NCBI GenBank assembly: GCA_000008885.1
Contig: BA000021.3
Location: 600,001 to 632,000, forward strand
Length of the DNA stretch: 32,000 nucleotides
DNA from: Wigglesworthia glossinidia endosymbiont of Glossina brevipalpis
GTDB taxonomy: Bacteria; Pseudomonadota; Gammaproteobacteria; Enterobacterales; Enterobacteriaceae
Reading direction: 5' to 3'
Shown piece after piece: positions 1 to 9,734 of this stretch. The position numbers and the translations under genes were made by a program. Below the pieces are notes generated by a model that had not been told where the DNA came from, made no database searches, and saw only the letters and a list, made by a program, of their open reading frames with translations. Within the stretch, counting starts at the first letter, position 1, and the number at the start of each line of letters is the position of its first letter.

Positions 1-3000
1 TTTGACAAAAAAACAGAAAAACCAATTATTACAGCGAATACAGAACTTACTGTAGACTTAATGCTTAATTTATTTAAATCTGGATATAAAAGCATCGAGA
101 CTTTGTTTACAAATGATTTAGATCATGGATCATATATCTCAGAAACATTAAGAATTGATTCTACTACAGATAAAACTAGTGCTTTAATAGAAATATATCG
201 TATGATGAGACCAGGAGAGCCTCCTACTAAAGAGGCTGCAGAAAATTTATTTTATAATTTATTCTTCTCAGAAGATAGATATGATTTGTCTTCTGTAGGA
301 AGAATGAAATTTAACAAATCTTTATCAATAAATTCATCTGAAGGTTCAAGTTTATTGGATAAATTTGATATCATAGAAGTAACAAAAAAATTGATAGATA
401 TAAGAAATGGTAAAGGAGACGTAGATGACATTGATCATCTAGGAAATAGAAGAATTAGATCAGTAGGAGAGATGGCTGAGAATCAATTCAGAATAGGATT
501 AGTTAGAGTGGAACGTGCAGTTAAAGAAAGGTTATCTTTAGGAGATCTAGATACAATAATGCCACAAGACATGATTAATGCTAAGCCCATTTCAGCTGCA
601 GTAAAAGAATTCTTTGGATCTAGTCAATTGTCACAATTCATGGATCAAAATAATCCATTATCAGAAATTACTCATAAACGTCGAATATCGGCTCTAGGTC
701 CTGGAGGATTAACTAGAGAAAGAGCTGGTTTTGAAGTAAGAGATGTGCATCCTACACATTATGGTAGAGTATGTCCAATAGAAACTCCAGAAGGTCCAAA
801 TATTGGATTAATCAATTCTCTATCTGTTTATGCTAGAACAAATGAATATGGTTTTTTAGAAACTCCATACAGATGTGTTTTAAATGGAATAGTGACTAAC
901 AATATACATTATCTATCTGCGATAGAAGAAGGAAAATTTATTATAGCTCAAGCAAATACTAACTTGGATAAAAATGGATATTTTATAAATGAATTTGTTA
1001 CTTGTAGAAACAAAGGAGAATCAAGTTTATTCAACAGAAATCAAGTAAATTATATGGATGTATCTACTCAACAAATAGTTTCAGTTGGAGCATCTTTAAT
1101 TCCTTTTTTAGAACATGATGATGCAAATAGAGCTTTAATGGGAGCTAATATGCAAAGACAAGCAGTTCCAACTTTAATGACAGAAAAACCATTGATAGGA
1201 ACTGGTATGGAAAGAGCAGTAGCAGTAGATTCTGGTGTAACTGCAGTAGCAAAAAGAGGGGGAATAGTTCAATTTTTAGATTCATCCAAAATAATAATAA
1301 AGGTCAACCAAGAAGAAATAATAAAAGAAAAAATAGGGATAGATATTTACCATTTAACAAAATATGTTAGATCAAATCAAAATACATGCATAAATCAAAC
1401 ACCTTGTGTATGCTTAAATGATGTAGTAGAACGTGGAGACGTTTTAGCAGACGGTCCATCTACTGATTTAGGAGAGCTAGCCTTAGGTCAAAATATGAGA
1501 ATAGCATTTATGCCGTGGAATGGATATAATTTTGAAGATTCTATGTTAGTTTCCGAAAAAGTTGTTCATGAAGATAGATTTACAACAATACATATTCAAG
1601 AATTAGCCTGTATGTCTAGAGATACCAAATTAGGATCAGAAGAAATAACCTCAGATATTCCAAATGTAAGTGAAACTTCTTTGTTGAAATTAGATGAATC
1701 TGGAATTGTTTATATTGGAGCAGAAGTAAAAGGAGGAGATATATTGGTAGGAAAAGTTACTCCTAAAGGCGAAACTCAATTAACTCCAGAAGAAAAATTA
1801 TTACGAGCTATTTTTGGAGAAAAAGCTTCAGATGTAAAAGACTCATCATTAAGAGTCCCAAATGGAGTTTCAGGAACAGTTATAGATGTAGAAATATTCA
1901 CTAGAGATGGAGTTAAAAAAGATAAAAGAGCTTTAGAGATTGAGTATATGCAAATCAAAGAAGCAAAAAAAGATATATATGAAGAACTAGAAATTTTTAA
2001 ATCTAGCTTAAAAATACAAATAGAATATTTTCTAAAAGAAAACAATATAGAATATGATTCTCTGTCAGAATTATTAAAAGGAAATATAAAAAATTTAATA
2101 TTTAAAAATAATAATTTAAATAATATATTTGAAGAACTAATAAATAAATTTTTGAGATTAAAAGAAGAATTTGAAAAAAAATTAGAAATAAAAATAAAAA
2201 AAATTACTCAAGGAGACGATTTAGCACCAGGAGTTTTAAAAATTGTTAAAGTTTACTTGGCCGTAAAACGGCAAATACAGCCAGGTGATAAAATGGCAGG
2301 ACGTCATGGAAACAAAGGAGTTATTTCTAAAATAAATCCAATAGAAGATATGCCTTATGATGAGAACGGAGTTCCTGTAGACATGGTATTAAATCCTTTA
2401 GGAGTTCCTTCTAGAATGAATATTGGACAAATTTTAGAGACTCATTTAGGACTAGCTGCAAAAGGAATAGGAAATATTATAGATAATATGTTAAAAAATA
2501 ACAAAAAAATTTATAAAATAAAAAAATTTATACAAAATGCATATAATTTAGGGATTGGAATTAGGCAAAAGGTTGAATTAGATCATTTTTCTGATAAAGA
2601 AATTATTAAACTTGCAAATAATCTTAGAAAAGGAATGCCTATAGCTACTCCTGTATTTGATGGAGCTCAAGAAATAGAAATAAAAGAACTTTTGAAATTT
2701 AGTGGAAATCCTGAATCTGGTCAAATTACATTATTTGATGGACAAACAGGTGAAAAGTTTGATAGACCAGTTACTGTAGGATATATGTATATGTTAAAAT
2801 TAAATCATTTGGTTGACGATAAAATGCATGCTAGATCTACTGGATCTTATAGCTTAGTAACCCAACAACCATTGGGTGGAAAAGCCCAGTTTGGAGGGCA
2901 AAGATTTGGAGAAATGGAAGTATGGGCTTTAGAAGCATATGGAGCTGCTTATTCTTTACAAGAAATGCTTACAGTAAAATCAGATGACGTTAATGGGCGT

Positions 3001-3129
3001 ACTAAGATGTATAAAAATATAGTAGATGGCAGCCATTTAATGGAACCTGGAATGCCAGAATCTTTTAATGTACTTTTAAAAGAAATTCGTTCTTTAGGAA
3101 TTAATATTGAATTAGAAGAAAATAATTAA
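1..3129 (+). CDS. rpoB: DNA-directed RNA polymerase beta subunit. It is 5'-partial: the frame is open from base 1 and about 300 codons lie upstream of the window.
   Basis: The translation is near-identical to E. coli RpoB over long runs. Examples are [92 protein letters not shown], and the C-terminal [20 protein letters not shown] stop at 3127-3129. rpoC follows as in the rplKAJL-rpoBC operon. Confidence 0.97.
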   Translation, partial: FDKKTEKPIITANTELTVDLMLNLFKSGYKSIETLFTNDLDHGSYISETLRIDSTTDKTSALIEIYRMMRPGEPPTKEAAENLFYNLFFSEDRYDLSSVGRMKFNKSLSINSSEGSSLLDKFDIIEVTKKLIDIRNGKGDVDDIDHLGNRRIRSVGEMAENQFRIGLVRVERAVKERLSLGDLDTIMPQDMINAKPISAAVKEFFGSSQLSQFMDQNNPLSEITHKRRISALGPGGLTRERAGFEVRDVHPTHYGRVCPIETPEGPNIGLINSLSVYARTNEYGFLETPYRCVLNGIVTNNIHYLSAIEEGKFIIAQANTNLDKNGYFINEFVTCRNKGESSLFNRNQVNYMDVSTQQIVSVGASLIPFLEHDDANRALMGANMQRQAVPTLMTEKPLIGTGMERAVAVDSGVTAVAKRGGIVQFLDSSKIIIKVNQEEIIKEKIGIDIYHLTKYVRSNQNTCINQTPCVCLNDVVERGDVLADGPSTDLGELALGQNMRIAFMPWNGYNFEDSMLVSEKVVHEDRFTTIHIQELACMSRDTKLGSEEITSDIPNVSETSLLKLDESGIVYIGAEVKGGDILVGKVTPKGETQLTPEEKLLRAIFGEKASDVKDSSLRVPNGVSGTVIDVEIFTRDGVKKDKRALEIEYMQIKEAKKDIYEELEIFKSSLKIQIEYFLKENNIEYDSLSELLKGNIKNLIFKNNNLNNIFEELINKFLRLKEEFEKKLEIKIKKITQGDDLAPGVLKIVKVYLAVKRQIQPGDKMAGRHGNKGVISKINPIEDMPYDENGVPVDMVLNPLGVPSRMNIGQILETHLGLAAKGIGNIIDNMLKNNKKIYKIKKFIQNAYNLGIGIRQKVELDHFSDKEIIKLANNLRKGMPIATPVFDGAQEIEIKELLKFSGNPESGQITLFDGQTGEKFDRPVTVGYMYMLKLNHLVDDKMHARSTGSYSLVTQQPLGGKAQFGGQRFGEMEVWALEAYGAAYSLQEMLTVKSDDVNGRTKMYKNIVDGSHLMEPGMPESFNVLLKEIRSLGINIELEENN

Positions 3130-3172
3130 TATTAATTTTTCCATATCACCTTAATATGATAGAGAATAATTT

Positions 3173-6100
3173 GTGAAAGATTTATTAAGATTTTTAAAAA
3201 CTAATAATAAAATAGAAGAGTTTGATACTATTAAGATATCTTTAGCATCTCCAGAAATAGTTAGATCATGGTCTTTTGGAGAAATCAAAAAACCAGAAAC
3301 AATTAATTATAGAACTTTTAAACCAGAAAGAGATGGATTATTTTGCGCTCGTATTTTTGGGCCAGTAAAAGATTATGAATGTTTATGTGGAAAATACAAA
3401 AGATTAAAACATCGTGGCGTTATATGTGAAAAATGTGGAGTAGAAGTTACTCAAACAAAAGTTAGACGAGAAAGAATGGGTCACATAGAATTAGCTTCTC
3501 CAACTGCTCATATTTGGTTTTTAAAATCTTTGCCTTCACGCATTGGTTTATTGTTAGATATGCCTCTAAGAGATATTGAGCGAGTTTTGTATTTTGAATC
3601 TTACGTTGTAACAGATGGAGGAATGACAAGCTTAAATCAAAGACAAATCCTAACAGAAGAACAATATTTAGATTCTTTAGAAGAATTTGGAGATGAATTT
3701 GATGCAAAAATGGGGGCTGAAGCTATTCAAGAAATTTTAAAAAATATGAATTTAAAAGAAACTTGTAATAATATCAGAAAAGAACTTATAGATACTAATT
3801 CAGAAACAAAAAGAAAAAAATTAACTAAAAGAGTCAAATTAATAGAATCATTTATTAAATCTGGAAATAAACCTGAATGGATGATATTAACAGTTCTTCC
3901 AGTTTTGCCTCCAGATTTAAGACCTTTAGTACCGCTAGATGGAGGACGATTTGCTACATCTGATTTAAACGATTTGTATCGTAGGGTTATCAACAGAAAT
4001 AATAGATTAAAAAGACTTTTAGATCTTGCAGCTCCGGATATAATAGTACGTAATGAAAAACGTATGCTGCAAGAAGCAGTAGATGCTCTATTAGATAATG
4101 GTAGAAGAGGTAGAGCTATAACAGGCTCTAATAAAAGACCTTTAAAATCTTTAGCTGACATGATAAAAGGAAAACAAGGAAGATTCAGACAAAATCTTTT
4201 AGGGAAACGAGTTGATTATTCAGGAAGGTCAGTAATAACTGTAGGTCCATACTTAAGATTACATCAATGCGGGCTTCCAAAGAAAATGGCTTTAGAGTTA
4301 TTTAAGCCTTTTATTTATGGAAAACTAGAAATAAATGGTTTTGCTACTACAATTAAAGCAGCAAAAAAAATGGTAGAAAGAGAAGAAAGCGTAGTATGGG
4401 ATATATTAGAAGAAGTAATAAAAGAACATCCTGTGATGTTAAATAGAGCTCCAACATTACATAGATTAGGCATTCAAGCTTTTGAGCCTATATTAATAGA
4501 AGGAAAAGCAATTCAATTGCATCCTTTGGTTTGTGCCGCATATAATGCAGATTTTGATGGAGATCAAATGGCAGTACATGTTCCTCTTACTTTAGAAGCC
4601 CAATTAGAAGCTAGAGCATTAATGATGTCTACAAATAATATTTTATCTCCTGCTAATGGAGAACCAATTATTGTACCATCTCAAGATGTAGTATTAGGTT
4701 TGTATTATATGACTAGAGATCGTATTAATTGTTTAGGAGAGGGGATGTGCTTGAGCAACCCAAAAGAAGCAGAACATTTATATAGATCTGGAATTGCAGA
4801 ATTGCACGCTAAAGTAAAAGTAAGAATTTCTGAATATAACATTTTAGAAAATAAAAATATAGTAAAGAGTGTTAAATTAATAGACACAACAATAGGAAGA
4901 TCCATTTTATGGATGATAGTTCCAAAAGGGCTGCCATTTTCTCTAGTAAACAGGGTGTTAGGAAAGAAATCAATCTCTAATATGTTAAATACGTGTTATA
5001 GAGTTTTAGGATTAAAACCAACTGTTATGTTTGCAGATAATATTATGTACACTGGATTTTCTTATGCTGCAAAATCTGGATCTTCAGTTGGAATAGATGA
5101 TATATTAATTCCATTAAAAAAATCTAAAATTATAAAAAATGCAGAATATGAAGTTTCTGAAATACAAGAACAATTTCAATCCGGTCTTGTAACTGCAGGT
5201 GAAAGATACAATAAAGTAATTGATATTTGGGCTTCAGCTAATGAACGTGTTGCTAAAGCTATGATGAAAAATTTATCTGTAGAAACCATCATAGATGGTA
5301 ATGGAAAAGAAAACAAACAATCATCTTTTAATAATATTTTTATGATGGCTGATTCTGGAGCTAGAGGATCAGCTGCTCAAATTAGACAACTTGCTGGAAT
5401 GAGAGGTTTAATGGCAAAACCAGACGGATCAATTATAGAAACTCCAATTACTGCTAATTTTAGAGAAGGATTAAATGTTCTTCAGTATTTTATTTCTACT
5501 CATGGAGCAAGAAAAGGTTTAGCCGACACAGCTTTAAAAACTGCGAATTCAGGTTATTTAACAAGAAGACTAGTAGATGTTGCTCAAGATCTTGTAGTAA
5601 CAGAAGATGATTGTAAGACTATTTTTGGAATAACAATGACTCCAGTTATTGAAGGAGGAGAAGTTAAAGAACCATTAAGAGAAAGAGTTTTAGGAAGAGT
5701 TGTAGCAGAAAACGTTATGAATCCAGGAACTGACACAGTTTTAGTTCATAGAAATACATTATTAAGTGAAAAATGGTGTAATTTTTTAGAAAAAAACTTG
5801 ATAGATAAAATAAAAGTAAGATCAGTAGTAACTTGTGAAACTAATTTTGGAGTTTGCGCCAAATGTTATGGTAGAGACCTAGCTCGTGGTCATTTAGTGA
5901 ATAAAGGAGAAGCTATCGGAGTTATTGCAGCTCAATCAATAGGCGAACCAGGAACTCAATTAACTATGAGAACTTTCCATATAGGAGGAGCTGCATCTAG
6001 ATTGGCGTCTGAATCTAACATTCAAGTAAAAAATAAAGGTATTGTTAAATTAAATAATGCAAAATTTGTAATAAATGAAAACAATAAAATTGTAATTACA

Positions 6101-7390
6101 TCTCGTCACGCTTCTTTAAAAATTATTGATGAATTTGGAAGAACAAAAGAAAAGTACAAACTTCCATATGGAGCTTTTGTAAACAAAAAAAATGGAGAAA
6201 CAATAACTAGTGGAGAGGTAATTGCAAATTGGGATCCTCATACCATGCCAATTATAACAGAAGTAAGTGGATACATAAGGTTTATTGATATTATAGAAAA
6301 TCAGACAATAACAAGACAAACTGATGAATTAACAGGTGTATCTTTTATTTCAGTTCTAGACACTTCGGAAAGAATTGGAATTAACAAAGATTTACGTCCC
6401 GCTTTAAAAATAATTAATTTGCAAGGAAAAGATGTATTTTTGCCAGGAACAGATATTCCTGCACAATATTTTTTACCAGGAAAATCTATTTTGCAATTAG
6501 AAAATGGAACAAAAATTAACAGCGGAGATGTTTTAGCTAGATTATCTTTGGAAACAAGTGGAATTAAAGACATAACTGGAGGACTTCCTAGAGTAGCAGA
6601 TTTATTTGAAGCTAGAAGACCCAAAGAACCTGCTATTTTAGCAGAAATAAGCGGAATAATCTCATTTGGAAAAGAAACTAAAGGAAAAAGAAGATTAGTA
6701 ATCTCCCCTATTAATGGAAGTGATGTTTACGAAGAAATGATACCAAAATGGAGACATTTAAATGTTTTTGAAGGAGAAAGAGTTGAAAAAGGAGATGTAA
6801 TTTCAGATGGACCAGAATCTCCTCATGATATACTTCGCTTGAGAGGAGTACATGCAGTTACTAAATATATAGTAAACGAAGTACAGGATGTGTATAGATT
6901 GCAAGGAGTTAAAATTAACGATAAACACATAGAAGTTATAGTTAGACAAATGCTAAAAAAAGCAACAATTTTAAATGGATCTCAATCAGAATTTTTAGAA
7001 GGAGAACAAACAGAATTTTCACGTATTAGAATTGCAAATAATAATACAAAATCATCTGATAAAATTAATTATTCTCGTGATTTACTTGGAATTACAAAAT
7101 CTTCTTTAGCTACTGAATCTTTCATTTCTGCTGCATCTTTTCAAGAAACTACAAGAGTTTTAACAGAATCAGCAGTATCTGGAAAAATAGATGAATTAAG
7201 AGGGTTAAAAGAAAACGTTATTGTAGGAAGATTAATTCCAGCTGGAACAGGATACTCATATCATCAAAAAAGGTTATTAGAGCGTAAAAAAAGAAATAGT
7301 ATTCATAAGTCTTCTGTTAATCATGTTACTTTAGATGAAGCTTCAGAAAATTTAAAAGAACTTTTAAAAGCTAATTTGAATGATAATTAA
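3173..7390 (+). CDS. rpoC: DNA-directed RNA polymerase beta-prime subunit
   Basis: GTG start as in E. coli. The N-terminus VKDLL.FLK...[127 protein letters not shown] is essentially identical to E. coli RpoC. The [12 protein letters not shown] active site is present, as is the gammaproteobacterial trigger-loop insertion. Confidence 0.97.
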   Translation: MKDLLRFLKTNNKIEEFDTIKISLASPEIVRSWSFGEIKKPETINYRTFKPERDGLFCARIFGPVKDYECLCGKYKRLKHRGVICEKCGVEVTQTKVRRERMGHIELASPTAHIWFLKSLPSRIGLLLDMPLRDIERVLYFESYVVTDGGMTSLNQRQILTEEQYLDSLEEFGDEFDAKMGAEAIQEILKNMNLKETCNNIRKELIDTNSETKRKKLTKRVKLIESFIKSGNKPEWMILTVLPVLPPDLRPLVPLDGGRFATSDLNDLYRRVINRNNRLKRLLDLAAPDIIVRNEKRMLQEAVDALLDNGRRGRAITGSNKRPLKSLADMIKGKQGRFRQNLLGKRVDYSGRSVITVGPYLRLHQCGLPKKMALELFKPFIYGKLEINGFATTIKAAKKMVEREESVVWDILEEVIKEHPVMLNRAPTLHRLGIQAFEPILIEGKAIQLHPLVCAAYNADFDGDQMAVHVPLTLEAQLEARALMMSTNNILSPANGEPIIVPSQDVVLGLYYMTRDRINCLGEGMCLSNPKEAEHLYRSGIAELHAKVKVRISEYNILENKNIVKSVKLIDTTIGRSILWMIVPKGLPFSLVNRVLGKKSISNMLNTCYRVLGLKPTVMFADNIMYTGFSYAAKSGSSVGIDDILIPLKKSKIIKNAEYEVSEIQEQFQSGLVTAGERYNKVIDIWASANERVAKAMMKNLSVETIIDGNGKENKQSSFNNIFMMADSGARGSAAQIRQLAGMRGLMAKPDGSIIETPITANFREGLNVLQYFISTHGARKGLADTALKTANSGYLTRRLVDVAQDLVVTEDDCKTIFGITMTPVIEGGEVKEPLRERVLGRVVAENVMNPGTDTVLVHRNTLLSEKWCNFLEKNLIDKIKVRSVVTCETNFGVCAKCYGRDLARGHLVNKGEAIGVIAAQSIGEPGTQLTMRTFHIGGAASRLASESNIQVKNKGIVKLNNAKFVINENNKIVITSRHASLKIIDEFGRTKEKYKLPYGAFVNKKNGETITSGEVIANWDPHTMPIITEVSGYIRFIDIIENQTITRQTDELTGVSFISVLDTSERIGINKDLRPALKIINLQGKDVFLPGTDIPAQYFLPGKSILQLENGTKINSGDVLARLSLETSGIKDITGGLPRVADLFEARRPKEPAILAEISGIISFGKETKGKRRLVISPINGSDVYEEMIPKWRHLNVFEGERVEKGDVISDGPESPHDILRLRGVHAVTKYIVNEVQDVYRLQGVKINDKHIEVIVRQMLKKATILNGSQSEFLEGEQTEFSRIRIANNNTKSSDKINYSRDLLGITKSSLATESFISAASFQETTRVLTESAVSGKIDELRGLKENVIVGRLIPAGTGYSYHQKRLLERKKRNSIHKSSVNHVTLDEASENLKELLKANLNDN

Positions 7391-7420
7391 AAAATTTTTT
7401 AAATAAATATTTTTTTAATT

Positions 7421-7510
7421 CCAGCATACAGCAATATTTTTATTAGTAAATTCGATCAGGTCCGACAGGAAGCAATCGTAGCTACAAAAAGTATGTGTAT
7501 AGTATGCTGG
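7421..7510 (+). ncRNA. ffs: 4.5S RNA (signal recognition particle RNA)
   Basis: A 90-nt hairpin is closed by a perfect 9-bp terminal stem, CCAGCATAC...GTATGCTGG. Its apex, GATCAGGTCCGACAGGAAGCAATCG, matches the conserved SRP domain IV motif of E. coli 4.5S RNA (GGTCAGGTCCGGAAGGAAGCAGCC), and CGAT/ATCG pair around it. It is an island of G/C in AT-rich intergenic DNA. In E. coli ffs lies in the same chromosomal neighbourhood as hha and dnaX. Confidence 0.72.
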
Positions 7511-7572
7511 AAAATTAAATTGTAAACATAAAATTATTAAAGTTTTATAAAAATATTTTAAAATATAAAAAT

Positions 7573-7776
7573 TTATCTTACATATTTCCATACAACATTT
7601 GGAATCTTATCATACAATTTATTCATAGTTATTTCTGCTAATCTATGATCAGCAGCTGAATTAAAAATTTCTAATTCATCATTTGACAATTTATATTTAT
7701 TTTTTTCTATAACTCTTTCTAAAGTTGCTAATGTTCTACATTTTCTTAAACGCATAAGGTAATCTATTTTTTTCAT
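7573..7776 (-). CDS. hha: Hha/YmoA-family nucleoid-associated modulator (H-NS co-regulator)
   Basis: 67 aa. [65 protein letters not shown] aligns almost residue for residue with E. coli Hha ([64 protein letters not shown]). It fits Hha much better than Cnu/YdgT. Confidence 0.85.
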   Translation of the reverse strand: MKKIDYLMRLRKCRTLATLERVIEKNKYKLSNDELEIFNSAADHRLAEITMNKLYDKIPNVVWKYVR

Positions 7777-7984
7777 TTTTTTTAACCAATAATATGGAAT
7801 ATTTATTAATAAATAAAAATTATTGTCTGTTAGATAAAATATATTTAGGATTATTAAATAAATTATTTTTATATAATTTATTTAATTTATTAATTATATG
7901 GCAACCTAGAATAATTTTGTAAAAATTAACATTTTTATAAATTATTTTATATAAATTATATTAAATTATAAATTGTAAAATAGT

Positions 7985-8012
7985 AAATATAAATTTAATT
8001 AAATTTATATTT
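7985..8012. repeat. Perfect 28-bp palindrome (14-bp arms, no spacer), aaatataaatttaa|ttaaatttatattt, in the hha-dnaX divergent spacer
   Basis: Checked base by base. Positions 7985-7998 are the exact reverse complement of 7999-8012, and the symmetry breaks at 7984/8013. Confidence 0.9.
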
Positions 8013-8212
8013 TTTGTAATTTAAATATATGTTATATTTTATTCTATATAATAATTTTTATTTAAAAATATAAATTACTTTAAATTATAAATTTATTATT
8101 AATATTAATAATTATTAAAAATTAATATTTTAAATAAATATAAAAATAATTTTTAAAATAAAAATTTTTATATAAAATAAAATTCATTTTTAATAAATTT
8201 TGATTTTAATAC

Positions 8213-9310
8213 ATGAATTATAAACCCTTAAATATAAAGTGGAGACCTAAAATATTTAATGATATTATAGGTCAAGATCATGTTTTGAGATTTTTAAAAA
8301 ATAGTTTTTTAGATAAAAAAATTTATTATTCTTATTTAATAAGTGGAATAAGAGGAATAGGAAAAACTACATTAGCTAGATTAATAGCTAAAAGTTTAAA
8401 TTGTTTTTATGATATAAATTTTAATCCATGTAGAATATGCAAAAATTGCGAAGAATCTGAAAAAAATTGTTTTGTTGATTTAATAGAAATTGACGCTGCG
8501 TCGCATACAAAGATAGAAAACATTAAAGAAGTTTTAGATAATATAAAATATCTTCCATCTAAAGGTAGATATAAAATATATATAATAGATGAAGTTCACA
8601 TGTTATCTAAATATAGTTTTAATGCTCTATTAAAAATTTTAGAAGAGCCACCAAATCATGTTAAATTTATATTAGCTACAACTGAGTTAAACAAAATTCC
8701 TGAAACTATTTTATCTAGATGTTTGCATTTGCAGCTAAAAGAAATAAGTGAAACTGATATTTTATATAACTTAAAAAAAATATTAAAATTAGAAAAAATT
8801 TATTATGAAGAAGAAGCTTTAAAAATTATATCCAAATCATCTCAACATAGCATGAGAGATGCTTTAACTTTAGCTGAAAAAGCATCAATTTTAGGGGAAA
8901 ACAATATTTTATACAACGTAGTATCTGATATGTTAGGATGTATTAGTTTTATGGAGTTAATCGATTTATTTGAAATAATATCTCTTAATAAAAAAGAAAA
9001 ATTAATATTTTTTTTTAAAAAAATTGAAAATAAATCTATAAATTGGGATGATTTTCTTATAAATATGATATTGATTGTACACAAAGTTTTATTTTTTAAA
9101 TTCAACGATACATATAAAGACCCAAAAAAAATAAATACAAAAAAAACAAAATTTTATAAATTATCTAAGTTAATTTCTACAAATGACTTATATAAATATT
9201 ATGATATCTTTCTTCAAGGAAGGAAAGAATTATCTTATTCTACAGAACAAAAAATTACAGTAGAAATAACAATATTACGTGCTTTTTATTTTATAAATGA
9301 AAATTTATAG
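8213..9310 (+). CDS. dnaX: DNA polymerase III clamp-loader subunit DnaX, short form. It has domains I-III only and no tau C-terminal domains.
   Basis: P-loop GIRGIGKTTLARLIAKSLNC. Zn module CRICKNC. FVDLIEIDAAS, YIIDEVHMLS, FNALLKILEEPP.HVKFILATTE and ILSRC are collinear with E. coli DnaX residues ~1-365. TAG stop at 9308-9310, and ybaB starts 55 bp later. Confidence 0.9.
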   Translation: MNYKPLNIKWRPKIFNDIIGQDHVLRFLKNSFLDKKIYYSYLISGIRGIGKTTLARLIAKSLNCFYDINFNPCRICKNCEESEKNCFVDLIEIDAASHTKIENIKEVLDNIKYLPSKGRYKIYIIDEVHMLSKYSFNALLKILEEPPNHVKFILATTELNKIPETILSRCLHLQLKEISETDILYNLKKILKLEKIYYEEEALKIISKSSQHSMRDALTLAEKASILGENNILYNVVSDMLGCISFMELIDLFEIISLNKKEKLIFFFKKIENKSINWDDFLINMILIVHKVLFFKFNDTYKDPKKINTKKTKFYKLSKLISTNDLYKYYDIFLQGRKELSYSTEQKITVEITILRAFYFINENL

Positions 9311-9365
9311 ACGATTCAAATCAACATAGATAAAATTTAAATTAATTATATTTGATAAAAACGGA

Positions 9366-9674
9366 ATGAATAAATTAATGAAACAAGCTCAAAAAATTCA
9401 AGAAAAAATGAAATTAATTCAAGAAGAAATTTCAAAATTAGAAGCAATTGGAGAATCTGGAGCTGGTTTGGTAAAAATAAAATTAAATGGCTCTCGATAT
9501 TGTAATTATGTTAAAATAGATAATAGTTTGTTAAAAGATAAAGAAATGCTAGAAGATCTTATCGTAGCTGCATTTAACGATGCCATTAGAAGAATATCTG
9601 AGATTCAACAAGAAAAAATAGCTTCTGTATCTAGCTCTATTCAAATACCTGAAGGCTTTAAAATGCCATTTTAA
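9366..9674 (+). CDS. ybaB: Nucleoid-associated protein YbaB/EbfC
   Basis: LMKQAQ..QEKM...[15 protein letters not shown], the EMLEDL..AAFNDA.RRI motif, and the C-terminal ASVSS..Q.P.GFKMPF match E. coli YbaB. The dnaX-ybaB order is conserved. Confidence 0.9.
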   Translation: MNKLMKQAQKIQEKMKLIQEEISKLEAIGESGAGLVKIKLNGSRYCNYVKIDNSLLKDKEMLEDLIVAAFNDAIRRISEIQQEKIASVSSSIQIPEGFKMPF

Positions 9675-9734
9675 ATGATTAAATAATCTATTTAAATTAA
9701 ATTTATTTGAAATATATAAAATATAGGAAATAAT

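Noticed and set aside
3727-4161. 144-aa ORF antisense to rpoC. Similar antisense ORFs lie at 1776-2045, 3462-3707, 4705-4905, 6116-6319 and 6301-6624.
   Set aside because: All lie entirely inside, and opposite to, rpoB/rpoC, whose identity is unambiguous. The translations are low-complexity Leu/Phe/Ser/Ile strings with no recognisable motif. The sense strand is purine/A-rich, so the antisense strand is T-rich and naturally poor in stop codons.
7777-8212. Possible replication origin or DnaA-box cluster in the long AT-rich hha-dnaX spacer.
   Set aside because: I found no TTATCCACA/TGTGGATAA-like 9-mers and no flanking origin-linked genes (gidA, mioC, dnaA, dnaN). Strand orientation of genes does not switch coherently here. 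AT-richness alone is uninformative in this genome.
9675-9734. Sigma-32 heat-shock promoters upstream of htpG, and upstream of clpB at 17667-17741.
   Set aside because: A TTGAAA is present before htpG, but no CCCCATNT-like -10 lies at the right spacing. Nothing resembling either element precedes clpB. Promoter calls by eye in about 95% A/T sequence are unreliable, so none are reported as features.
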